A stretch of DNA of 64,000 nucleotides from Gammaproteobacteria bacterium (lineage in GTDB: Bacteria; Pseudomonadota; Gammaproteobacteria; UBA4575): positions 96,001-160,000 of the forward strand of contig CBDCTA010000018.1 of assembly GCA_965221955.1 (NCBI GenBank). Reading direction: 5' to 3'. Below, piece by piece: positions 52,040 to 61,346 of this stretch. The position numbers and the translations under genes are program-made. The notes under the pieces are model-generated. The model saw only the letters and a list, made by a program, of their open reading frames with translations. It was not told the DNA's origin and did not search any database. Every line of letters starts with the position of its first letter. Position 1 is the first letter of the stretch.

Positions 52040-53194
52040 TTAGATATTACTATTTTCAACAAGTTTGGAAAATTTATACCCATACCATGCGCGTTGTATA
52101 GCAAATAAAATGGAATATACTGGCACCAAAAGTACTCTTCTAGGTTTATAATAGAAATCTGTCAATTCAACCATACAGCCTCTTCTTAATTTCGCATCTA
52201 AAACTCCCGCACCATACCAGACTAAGTTTAAATTTGAGTTCACAGCATCAGCTAGTAAGTTGTAATATGCCAAATTAAAATAGGTAAAATTATTATTGTC
52301 CGCTTTATGGTCAACACCAACTTTCCACGCTCTTGCAGAATCACCTTTTTTTAGCAGTATAGCTACACCGATTATTTTTTCTTCTTTTATAGCGAGGTAC
52401 ACTATGCAACTGTCTTTAAGTTTGAATTTAAGTTCAGACAAGCTTTCAGGTGTAATTGTAGTTTTAATACTATTTCTTTCATTAAAATGCTCTTCTATTA
52501 ATTCAGCAACGTCTTGAGCATTTTCACCATCCCATCCTTGTATTGTTATGCCCGATTTACGAAATCTATTTATTTCCTTTTTTGCGCTTTTATAATAGCT
52601 TTTATTAATGCTTTGAAGATTTTTTAGATAAGAAGCTTCATCATGCCAATTGATATTTATTTTTGCCTCAGGCAAACCATAAGCATGACAATATTTACGT
52701 CGTTTTAATTCGTTGCTTAAGGTCTGTTGAACTGACAATAGCCTTGAAAACCCTATTGAACTTTTATGATCCAACGCATAATTCTCCATAACATCTAACA
52801 TACGACGTACCCATAATTTTTGATCCTCACCAGGGCGCACAAAAACAGGTGCACCATGCCCAACTAATCCGCATATCAAAGCCGGCCGAAGAGAATTTTT
52901 AAAAACAAACAATCTTTCAAGTAAACGCCCAAATATTGAGCCTTCAACTCCAAATTTTGAATCTTTGTGGATAAATAACGCTATAGATATAGCTTGCAAA
53001 CATTCATTATCATCACGTAGCAAAAAATATCTCGCCTTGTCTGAATGCAGTGAATTTGTTTCTGAAAATTTCAAAACTTCATGGCTAACTGAAATAGTGT
53101 CAGAAATAATTTGATTCCATTCCTCAAAGCTTACGTCATCAATTGAGCTAACAACTATAGAACGATACGCATTCTTACTCATTACTCTCACCAA
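52040..53194 (-). CDS. FemAB-like double-GNAT protein (paralog 2)
   Basis: SIDDVSFEEWNQ, KKEINRFRKSG, VGVDH, FTYFNLAYY and AKLRRG motifs. Confidence 0.75.
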   Translation of the reverse strand: MVRVMSKNAYRSIVVSSIDDVSFEEWNQIISDTISVSHEVLKFSETNSLHSDKARYFLLRDDNECLQAISIALFIHKDSKFGVEGSIFGRLLERLFVFKNSLRPALICGLVGHGAPVFVRPGEDQKLWVRRMLDVMENYALDHKSSIGFSRLLSVQQTLSNELKRRKYCHAYGLPEAKININWHDEASYLKNLQSINKSYYKSAKKEINRFRKSGITIQGWDGENAQDVAELIEEHFNERNSIKTTITPESLSELKFKLKDSCIVYLAIKEEKIIGVAILLKKGDSARAWKVGVDHKADNNNFTYFNLAYYNLLADAVNSNLNLVWYGAGVLDAKLRRGCMVELTDFYYKPRRVLLVPVYSILFAIQRAWYGYKFSKLVENSNI

Positions 53195-53262
53195 AAGTAA
53201 TGAAATTTAATTGCACTGAACATAAAGAAAATAACATTTGCTTTTTTATTGTTTTTAAAAAT

Positions 53263-54387
53263 TTAAATATAAGATGAAAATTTTCGCTGATACCATAATT
53301 TCTGAATTAAAAATAAAATTTTTAAAAAAGGTCTCCAAAATAAATTTCTTGGTTTATAAAAATAATGTGTGAAATTAATTTCACACCCTCTACGTCTTTT
53401 CGCATTCAGAACACCATTTCCATAGTAAAATTTTTCTAAATTAAATGCAGGGGCTATAGACAACATATAATAGAAATTCAAATTGAAGTAGGTGCAACTA
53501 TCTTTATCTAAATCATGATTAATTCCGATCTTCCAACAAAATGCGGTTTTATCCCCCTTCAATAAAATAAATACTCCAATAACTTTATTCTCCTTATGCG
53601 CTACATAAATATGACACGACTCTTGAATATCATTTTTTATTACGGAAAGAAAATTTGAAGGTAATTCAAACTGGTGTTTATTTTTTCTAAAATGATGGTC
53701 TTTTAAAAGATTGTATATCGTTTGCTCACCGTTACCATCCCATTCATTTATTGCAATTCCTGATTTACGAAATCTATTAATCTCTTTTTTGGCACATTTA
53801 TAATAATTTTTACTAATACCACGAAGCACCTTAAGGTATGAGTCCTGGTCTTCCCAAGTGATTCTAATTATTGCTTCTGGTATACATAGTGCGTGTGAAT
53901 AGTTACGTCTTTCAAGTTCCTGCAAAAGTTGTTCTTGTTCTTCTAGAAGGTGAGAAAATCCTACGGATAAACGATGTTGGTTTGCATATTTCTCCATAGC
54001 ATCTAATAAACTTGATGCCCATTTAGAATACTCTCCGTCAACACAAACAGCAAAAGGTGCGCCTGGAGCTCGAATCGAACCGCATAACAACACGGGCCGA
54101 AATATTTTTTTGAGCATTGGAAAGTAATTTGCAAATCTTCCAAAAATTAGGCTTTCATAGCCAGATTCTGATTTACCTTCAACAAGCAACCCCACAGCAA
54201 CGGCTTGCAGGTTTCTATCTTCATCAAATAATAAAAAATATCGAAGTTTTTTCTTATAAGTATTACTAGCCTCATAACACCTCAGTACTGCATGTCGAAT
54301 AGCTACAGAGTTTCCAACAACTTCATCCCAATCTTTGGGCGCAATATCTTGAATAGTTTCGAGTACTTCAAAATTAGAAGACATCAA
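53263..54387 (-). CDS. FemAB-like double-GNAT protein (paralog 3)
   Basis: TIQDIAPKDWDE, KKEINRFRKSG, IGINH, TYFNLNFY and AKRRRG motifs. Confidence 0.75.
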   Translation of the reverse strand: MMSSNFEVLETIQDIAPKDWDEVVGNSVAIRHAVLRCYEASNTYKKKLRYFLLFDEDRNLQAVAVGLLVEGKSESGYESLIFGRFANYFPMLKKIFRPVLLCGSIRAPGAPFAVCVDGEYSKWASSLLDAMEKYANQHRLSVGFSHLLEEQEQLLQELERRNYSHALCIPEAIIRITWEDQDSYLKVLRGISKNYYKCAKKEINRFRKSGIAINEWDGNGEQTIYNLLKDHHFRKNKHQFELPSNFLSVIKNDIQESCHIYVAHKENKVIGVFILLKGDKTAFCWKIGINHDLDKDSCTYFNLNFYYMLSIAPAFNLEKFYYGNGVLNAKRRRGCEINFTHYFYKPRNLFWRPFLKILFLIQKLWYQRKFSSYI

Positions 54388-54389
54388 AA

Positions 54390-55670
54390 TTAGACTTCCT
54401 CACATACTTTAACAAAGATTTGATACTTACCTGATGAAGTGCGTGAAATACTTTCAACTTCACGGAAACTTATTGACATAGTTGTACCAGTTATATATTT
54501 CAATTTCTGAATAGTAGGCTCAAAACTATATGTCTTTTGTATTTTATTTTTTTGAGGCACAAATATAATTTCCAGACAATCATTTGCTACTTGCACAATT
54601 TGATACATGCTGATTACAACATTAGATTCTATTTCAGTTGTGAGAAGATAGGGCGAAACTCGCCTACCATTTGGGAGTTGAATCATGTCTATTTCGCGAC
54701 CAGAAATAGATTTAAGCACTGGAGATCGCCTTCCACATTTACAAACTATATCTTCAAGCTTGCCAAAATCACCAATTTGATATCGTATTAGCGGCATTGC
54801 CTTATTTGCCAAGCTTGTTAACAAAGCACATTGTTCATATTGGGTGCTGTGAACATCATGACTTTCGACCCAAATGGATTCAAAATTTAAATGATAATTC
54901 TCTTCTGCACATTGCCAAGCTATTTCTTTAAATTCCGTGCTGCCATAAATATCACACACATGTGCGCCAAAATGTTTTTTAATCTTATTCTTAAGAGCTG
55001 GTCGTAATACTTCAGAACTGGTAAAGATTATTGAAAATTTTGGAAACTCAATGTCATGAGCTTCATAGTAATTTATCAATTCATCAAAATAAGAAGGAAA
55101 ACCATATACAGCGTCAACACTAGCATCATTTAAATAATGCAAATTATCCTTAATAGGATTGTGAATTGACAACATAGTTTTCTTATAAAAAAGATCACTG
55201 AACGGCAAAGATTTAGAAGATCGTATCTCTCCATCACTGAGCTCACTAATAATCACAACATGTTTAAATAAACCTACCTTGCTAGCTGTCATTCTTCTTA
55301 TCTTTAAAGCAAACTTCGTCATCATCCAACAATCCTCATCAAAGTAAGTTGTTGTTGGTTGACCCGTACTTCCTGAAGTTCTAGAACAATATAAATTGCT
55401 CTTTTTGAATTCAGTTGAAATCAAATCATCGCCAAGTTCTTGCACCATTGATTTTGTTAAAATAGGGAAACGTTTTAGATCATCAATCGAAACAATAGTT
55501 TTTGGATCTATATTCAATGACCTATAGTAAGGAACATGAATTGCTGCATATCGAAGTATGTAGACGAGTTTTTTTGCTTGGTAATTTTTTATTTTAGATC
55601 GATTCCACCATTGACTTCGCTGCAACCTTGCCAGCTTCCAACCAACTTTTAACGTGTCACCAAACTTCAT
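54390..55670 (-). CDS. CapK/phenylacetate-CoA ligase-like adenylate-forming enzyme
   Basis: VPYY, TSGSTGQP, YGSTE, MPLIRYQIGD, CKCGR and TSSGKY motifs. Confidence 0.87.
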   Translation of the reverse strand: MKFGDTLKVGWKLARLQRSQWWNRSKIKNYQAKKLVYILRYAAIHVPYYRSLNIDPKTIVSIDDLKRFPILTKSMVQELGDDLISTEFKKSNLYCSRTSGSTGQPTTTYFDEDCWMMTKFALKIRRMTASKVGLFKHVVIISELSDGEIRSSKSLPFSDLFYKKTMLSIHNPIKDNLHYLNDASVDAVYGFPSYFDELINYYEAHDIEFPKFSIIFTSSEVLRPALKNKIKKHFGAHVCDIYGSTEFKEIAWQCAEENYHLNFESIWVESHDVHSTQYEQCALLTSLANKAMPLIRYQIGDFGKLEDIVCKCGRRSPVLKSISGREIDMIQLPNGRRVSPYLLTTEIESNVVISMYQIVQVANDCLEIIFVPQKNKIQKTYSFEPTIQKLKYITGTTMSISFREVESISRTSSGKYQIFVKVCEEV

Positions 55671-55672
55671 TC

Positions 55673-56845
55673 TTAAGAGCCAAGACCAAAATCATCGCTG
55701 CTATCAAAACTAACAGTGCACTTGCTTAAATATTCGGAAGCTATGTGCTCCCAAGTAAACTTATCTATAATTTTAGATCTATTATTTTCAGAAAATTTTG
55801 AACGTAAATTTACATCTACACACATGGTATTTATTGCCGAAGATAGTGCATCAATATCTCCAGGTGGAAACAAAATTCCGTTAATATTATCTTCCACAAG
55901 CTCAGGGATCCCGCCCACATCACTTGCGATTATAGGCAAGCCACTAGCCATTGCTTCTAGCAAAGTCATGCTGAAAGATTCTGTTAATGCGGTATGGATA
56001 AGGAAATCTGCTTTGGAATAATAATCAGCCAGCTGCTCAGATATGCCTTGCCCAATAAATTTTACTTGCTTATGGACCCCCAACTGCTCAGCTAGTTTTA
56101 ATAAGTACTTTTCATCAGGCCCCGAACCGACAACCCAAAGAGTTAAGTTCGATATTTGAGACTGTTTAAGAGCATGTAAAATGTAATTTATACCTTTCCG
56201 TTTAACGAGTCGTGCTACACAAAGCGCATTTATTACATTATTTTGGTTATTTTGGTTATCACCTGGCCTAAATTTCGTATGGCACACTCCATTAGTAATT
56301 ACCGAAATAGGGATATTTGGAAATGACTCTAATGCAAGCGAGCGCAAGCTTGCACTATTAGCAATAACCTTATATGCATTTTTTAGAATACGATTCGTTA
56401 TAGGCATTATGCAACGATGAATAAAGTTTACTAACCTTGCCTCTTGATCATAATTAGGGACATCTGAGCCACGCAGACAAACAATATATGGAGAATTCGT
56501 TTTTATTTGCCAATAAAATGATAATAATCCTGTAGGTACTGCAAAAAAGAAAATTGCATAATGATATTTTTTTAACTTGATTAACTCACGAAGCTTAAAT
56601 GAAGCTGAAACCAAATATGAGAATGCCCCAAACAAACCTGCTTCATGTGGCCCTTTTCGAATACTCATTACCCGATAAACAGTCACACCATGAATATTCT
56701 CAACTTTGGGTTGCCCAGAAATACGGCAAGTAAGCACATCAACACTATGATTATTATTTACAAACCGCTTTGCTAAATTGTAGCTAGCAGAACTCGCCCC
56801 TCCTCCAACAGGAGGAAATTCGTAATTTAATATAAGGATATTCAT
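55673..56845 (-). CDS. Glycosyltransferase family 4
   Basis: NYEFPPVGGG, ITNGV, ARLVKRKG and ESFSMTLLEAMASGLPII.SDVGGIPE motifs. Confidence 0.92.
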   Translation of the reverse strand: MNILILNYEFPPVGGGASSASYNLAKRFVNNNHSVDVLTCRISGQPKVENIHGVTVYRVMSIRKGPHEAGLFGAFSYLVSASFKLRELIKLKKYHYAIFFFAVPTGLLSFYWQIKTNSPYIVCLRGSDVPNYDQEARLVNFIHRCIMPITNRILKNAYKVIANSASLRSLALESFPNIPISVITNGVCHTKFRPGDNQNNQNNVINALCVARLVKRKGINYILHALKQSQISNLTLWVVGSGPDEKYLLKLAEQLGVHKQVKFIGQGISEQLADYYSKADFLIHTALTESFSMTLLEAMASGLPIIASDVGGIPELVEDNINGILFPPGDIDALSSAINTMCVDVNLRSKFSENNRSKIIDKFTWEHIASEYLSKCTVSFDSSDDFGLGS

Positions 56846-56871
56846 TTAAATTATAGATAATTAGGTTTGCA

Positions 56872-57570
56872 CTAAGCATTTTTCTCCAACACCAAAGATC
56901 TAAACCTTGGTGTATTTTGGCAGTCAATATATTTTTTTAAGCGAAAATCTATCGACCTCCAACCTGCAAACCCTAAAAGCAACCTCAATTCTATTTCTTT
57001 TGCGCCAAGCCTTGCCTTAAATCGACGCGTCGACCGGTTGAATGCAAGACTAATACTGTAGCAACGATGCTTTCCGTTTTTTGCAAGTTCAGAATATTGT
57101 TGATACCTAAGCAAAGGAGCCAAACGATAACCACGAAATTCACGAGAAATAAATGCATCAAAAAGATAAGCTTCATCTGCTTCCAGCTCTACCAAATACT
57201 CTTTTGAATTTGGAATAGGTAGAAAATCATCCCTACTCCAAGTAGTACCCGCTAAACGATCCTCCACAAACAAACCCAAACAATTATGCTTTCTAATTTG
57301 ACTTGTAATTTTTTCAGCAGAACGTTTAATAATATTGATCTCAATAATTGAATTTACGTCCTCTTCTCTAAGCTGTCGTATTTTAAAATCAGGAGCATCA
57401 CTATAATTTGGAACAGTTTGCTCCCCCAGACCTTCCGCAACAATAAAATATGGATAAACCATTATCCTAAAACGTCGAAGTAATAAATCGATCACTTCCT
57501 GCATAGCTAATCCATAGCGAAAACGCTCACGAACTCGCGAAAAAATTGTGCGTTTAGATTGAATATTCAT
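56872..57570 (-). CDS. GNAT-family acyltransferase
   Basis: AYLFDAFISREFRGYRLA (acyl-CoA binding motif) and N.ST.RFK.RLG. Confidence 0.75.
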   Translation of the reverse strand: MNIQSKRTIFSRVRERFRYGLAMQEVIDLLLRRFRIMVYPYFIVAEGLGEQTVPNYSDAPDFKIRQLREEDVNSIIEINIIKRSAEKITSQIRKHNCLGLFVEDRLAGTTWSRDDFLPIPNSKEYLVELEADEAYLFDAFISREFRGYRLAPLLRYQQYSELAKNGKHRCYSISLAFNRSTRRFKARLGAKEIELRLLLGFAGWRSIDFRLKKYIDCQNTPRFRSLVLEKNA

Positions 57571-57580
57571 TATTATTTAC

Positions 57581-58837
57581 TCAAGAGATCGAAAGTAATT
57601 TACAGTTATCACACAAAAGATTCCGACCACAGTTTATGCGCCAACATCTGACATCATGGTCATACATCAACGCAATACGTGCTAAATAATCTCCACAAGA
57701 TGCTTTTAATAGGACTAAATCTTCTGGCAATAATATATCTTTTAAGTAATTAGCGAGCTCTTCAACAGTTGAAAAAGCGCGTAGCGTTTTGTCATCAGGT
57801 ATTTTTTTTACTTGAATAGCTGAACTAGCATGCATCCCTACAAAATACACGTGGTCCGCAGCCTCTAGTGCTGCATTACAAACTTTACGGTACTTACTGC
57901 TACTTGTTCCCGAATAGTCTGATATCGTCCCTATTACAATAACCTTGCGCTTTGCTCTTGAATTTTTAATAAACTTAATTGACTCGAAGATTGACCAATA
58001 CGGCGCTTTCCAATCGTCTCTAATAAAAGTAATTCCTGATGAAGTTTCATAGGGCATCATGCGCGCTAAAAAAGGTGTAAATTTTTTAGCTGAATTCACC
58101 AATTCTGACAACGAAATACCATTTATTAAACCAACTGCTAATGCTGCTAATACGGAATGAACCAAATGTTCGCCACATAGTTGTGTAACACATACTATTG
58201 TTTCATTTTGATATCTTAGAGTTAAAGATAAATGCTCAGGCCAACTGTTTCGAACACTCACAACCTGAAGATCACAGTCTGAATGATATCCAAAAGTAAA
58301 TATTTTACAGTTTATTGAAGACATCATCTCTATCACATAATCATCATCAGCGTTCAATACTGCCACACCATTTTCTGGCAGACCCTGAATAAGCTTAATC
58401 TTTTCTTTAGCCACATACTCCCTACCTCGGAAAGCTTTGTAATGCTCTGTGCCTATGTTTAATACAACACCAATGTTAGGTCGAAATAATTTAACTGAAT
58501 CAGTTAAATCTTCTTCGTGAGAAATACCAAGTTCTTGTACACATAATTTAGCTTTTCTTGGTGTACTTAAGATTGTCCTAGCTACAGAATATATTTGATT
58601 ATTTGAATCTTCACTTTTGTGCGTTTGAAATGAGTTAGATAATAACAAGTGCACAAGCTCTTTAGTTGTCGTCTTACCAGAACTACCCGTGATTCCTATG
58701 AACCGCACATGATCTAATCTCGTACGGTATAGTCGTGACAGCTTTATTATTGGTTTTTTATAGAATTTTTTTGCAAAGTGTTTTGCATCAGTGACAAAAA
58801 AATCCGCAACACGCTGATTTATAGTTATGGGTTTCAT
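57581..58837 (-). CDS. MurF-like Mur ligase lacking the N-terminal domain, with a Cys-rich tail
   Basis: GITGSSGKTTTKE, ELG, NIGTEH, KEK, LNADD and LLKAS motifs; C-terminal CWRINCGRNLLCDNC. Confidence 0.82.
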   Translation of the reverse strand: MKPITINQRVADFFVTDAKHFAKKFYKKPIIKLSRLYRTRLDHVRFIGITGSSGKTTTKELVHLLLSNSFQTHKSEDSNNQIYSVARTILSTPRKAKLCVQELGISHEEDLTDSVKLFRPNIGVVLNIGTEHYKAFRGREYVAKEKIKLIQGLPENGVAVLNADDDYVIEMMSSINCKIFTFGYHSDCDLQVVSVRNSWPEHLSLTLRYQNETIVCVTQLCGEHLVHSVLAALAVGLINGISLSELVNSAKKFTPFLARMMPYETSSGITFIRDDWKAPYWSIFESIKFIKNSRAKRKVIVIGTISDYSGTSSSKYRKVCNAALEAADHVYFVGMHASSAIQVKKIPDDKTLRAFSTVEELANYLKDILLPEDLVLLKASCGDYLARIALMYDHDVRCWRINCGRNLLCDNCKLLSIS

Positions 58838-59387
58838 AAATTCTTAATGACTGTTTCAAGATATAAGTGTGAAACCCAAACTCCGACAATTAGGCTTGTA
58901 ATCAATAACTAGATACAGTTTTTTTGCGAAGCTTTATAGTTTTCATTACTTCATACGCCCTTGCTTTTATATCCTATTTATCCAAACCATGACATGAAGA
59001 GGTTCACAACCACACATATCTTAACTACTAACATCAGTCAGTTATTGACTTAAGAAATTGAGACTAAAGATTGATCTGAAATGTTAAGCAACTATTTAAA
59101 AGAAAATTAAACATGACTTTTATTAAGGTTAATATTCAATTTTTTATTCTTGAAAAAACTTGTATTTAGTACAAACTGAGTCATAACTGAATAGTCACCT
59201 AAAGCCACATCTCATACAAATAAATGATTTGATTACCAATTTTGTAAAAATAAGCAATCAAAATTAGTAGTTAAGTTTACTCATATGGTTGTTTATAATC
59301 CGCAAGAAGAAAATGCCTTAAAAGGCACATTCATAATAAAAATATTCAAAATAATAACTAGATTCATTTTTTAGAGAGGCGCAATTC

Positions 59388-59981
59388 ATGAATCCTTTAA
59401 ATTCTATTCTCGGTACAATTATTACTGGCTTTATTCTTGCCATTCTAATTGCTTTGGCATACGACCCAAATGCACTGCATTCATGGTCACTCGTAGTATG
59501 GTTCCATGTATTAGCAGGCGTTGTGTGGATCGGCTTACTTTACTACTTTAATTTCGTGCAAGTGCCTGCAATGAACGAAGCTACTGCAGATAGTAGTGGC
59601 CCTGGCCCTGCCGCAATTGGAAAATATGTTGCGCCACGAGCATTGGCATGGTTCCGTTGGGGTGCTTTAGTGACCTGGTTAACAGGAGCAGCAGCACTAG
59701 AGTATGTCGGCGGATTTACGACACACTTTTTTGCTACTGAAGGGGTGACAGTAATTGGTATCGGTGCATGGTTAGGTACCATCATGTTGCTAAATGTTTG
59801 GGGATTAATTTGGCCCAACCAGAAAAAAGTACTTGGTATTAAACAAGCAAGCGATGATGAAAAGGCAAAAGCTAAAAAAATTGCCTTCATCGCATCTCGT
59901 ACAAATACTCTGCTTTCAATTCCAATGTTAGCTTGCATGGTTGCTTGGGGACATGGTGGAAACGCTGGGCTATTTTTCTAG
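59388..59981 (+). CDS. PuuD-like membrane protein (Urate_ox_N domain only)
   Basis: HVLAGVVWIGLLYYFNFVQ, WFRWGA..TWLTG, GTIMLLNVWGLIWPNQKK and SRTNT.LSIP motifs; no CxxCH cytochrome domain. Confidence 0.75.
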   Translation: MNPLNSILGTIITGFILAILIALAYDPNALHSWSLVVWFHVLAGVVWIGLLYYFNFVQVPAMNEATADSSGPGPAAIGKYVAPRALAWFRWGALVTWLTGAAALEYVGGFTTHFFATEGVTVIGIGAWLGTIMLLNVWGLIWPNQKKVLGIKQASDDEKAKAKKIAFIASRTNTLLSIPMLACMVAWGHGGNAGLFF

Positions 59982-60014
59982 AGCGAGCTCTTAGCAACAA
60001 AAATCTATTAATTA

Positions 60015-60042
60015 CCCAGCCCTAACTATACTAGGTGCTGGG
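60015..60042 (+). terminator. Hairpin after the PuuD-like gene (possible terminator)
   Basis: CCCAGC-CCTA-ACTATAC-TAGG-T-GCTGGG with only a weak U-tract. Confidence 0.45.
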
Positions 60043-60048
60043 CCTGCT

Positions 60049-60076
60049 TTGCTTATTTTTTAAGCAGCAGTATAAT
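60049..60076 (+). promoter_or_regulatory. Putative sigma70 promoter for argD-argF
   Basis: TTGCTT-N16-TATAAT upstream of argD. Confidence 0.5.
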
Positions 60077-60142
60077 CCCGCTCTCGGCAGCTTTTATGGC
60101 TGCCGTTTTTATTTATATGATCCTAGAAAGTAAGCAGATAAA

Positions 60143-61327
60143 ATGGCTGCAAATGAAAACTACTTAATGAGCACATATGCACGCAAACCTGTAACCTTTT
60201 CTAAAGGCGAAGGCGTGTGGCTGATCTCAGATAAACAAGAAAAGTATTTAGATGCTTTAGCAGGCATTGCTGTATGTGGTTTGGGGCATGCCCACCCAGA
60301 AGTTACTCAAGCGATTGCTGAACAAGCCGCAACCCTTACACATACTTCAAATATTTATCACATCGAGCTACAAGAACAATTAGGCCGCAAACTATGTAAA
60401 TTGTCTGGCTTGGATGCTGCATTTTTTGGAAACTCAGGAGCAGAAGCCAATGAAGCCGCAATTAAACTTGCGCGAGTCTATGGACATCATAAAGGGATCG
60501 ATGAACCTGCCATAATAGTTATGGAAAATAGTTTTCATGGCCGCACTATGGCGACCCTTACGGCAACAGGAAATAGAAAAGCACATGCAGGTTTTGAACC
60601 ATTAGTGCCTGGCTTTGTTAGAGCATCTTATAATGATATAGAAGCTGTAAAAACTATCTTAAAAAACAATGCTAATGTTTCTGCGATTTTGCTCGAACCT
60701 ATTCAAGGGGAAGGCGGCATCAATATACTTGCACCAACCTATCTTCCCGATTTAAAAACCTTATGTGAACAACATGAAGTTTTGCTAATGCTAGACGAAG
60801 TACAAACGGGCAATGGTCGAACGGGAAAATGGTTTTGTTTTCAACACAGTACGATTCAACCAGATGTGCTAGTAACAGCCAAAGGTCTTGGTAATGGTGT
60901 ACCCATCGGTGTATGTCTAGCTACAAAACAGGTAGCAGATTTATTTGCGCCTGGCTCGCATGGCTCTACTTTTGGTGGTAACCCTTTAGCCTGTCGTGCT
61001 GCGCTTGCAACACTTGATGTGATCGAAAAAAATAATTTACTTACCAATGCAAATGAAATTGGAAATTACATTGTCGATGAACTAAAAAATAAACTTTCAG
61101 CTAATAACCAGGTTAAAGAAGTACGTGGTAAAGGCTTGATGATTGGTATTGAGATGAATACACCTTGCACTGAATTAGTAGATAGCTGTTTAAATAGAAA
61201 ATTACTTATCAATGTAACCGCAGAACGAGTAATTAGATTATTACCTCCATTAATTTTTGACAAATCTAATGCTGATATATTGATAGAAACTCTAGTTAGC
61301 TGTATCACAGAGTTCACGACACACTAA
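60143..61327 (+). CDS. argD: Acetylornithine aminotransferase
   Basis: [53 protein letters not shown] and HGSTFGGNP motifs. Confidence 0.95.
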   Translation: MAANENYLMSTYARKPVTFSKGEGVWLISDKQEKYLDALAGIAVCGLGHAHPEVTQAIAEQAATLTHTSNIYHIELQEQLGRKLCKLSGLDAAFFGNSGAEANEAAIKLARVYGHHKGIDEPAIIVMENSFHGRTMATLTATGNRKAHAGFEPLVPGFVRASYNDIEAVKTILKNNANVSAILLEPIQGEGGINILAPTYLPDLKTLCEQHEVLLMLDEVQTGNGRTGKWFCFQHSTIQPDVLVTAKGLGNGVPIGVCLATKQVADLFAPGSHGSTFGGNPLACRAALATLDVIEKNNLLTNANEIGNYIVDELKNKLSANNQVKEVRGKGLMIGIEMNTPCTELVDSCLNRKLLINVTAERVIRLLPPLIFDKSNADILIETLVSCITEFTTH

Positions 61328-61346
61328 CTTAATATTAAAATTTAAC

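Noticed and set aside
58838-59387. RiPP or lasso precursor peptide, or ops/JUMPStart element, upstream of the ligase cluster
   Set aside because: In the part read by hand (about 58840-59040, minus strand) I found only 14-16-codon ORFs with no precursor features. No GGCGGTAG ops motif was seen, and no lasso B protein or peptidase accompanies AsnB.
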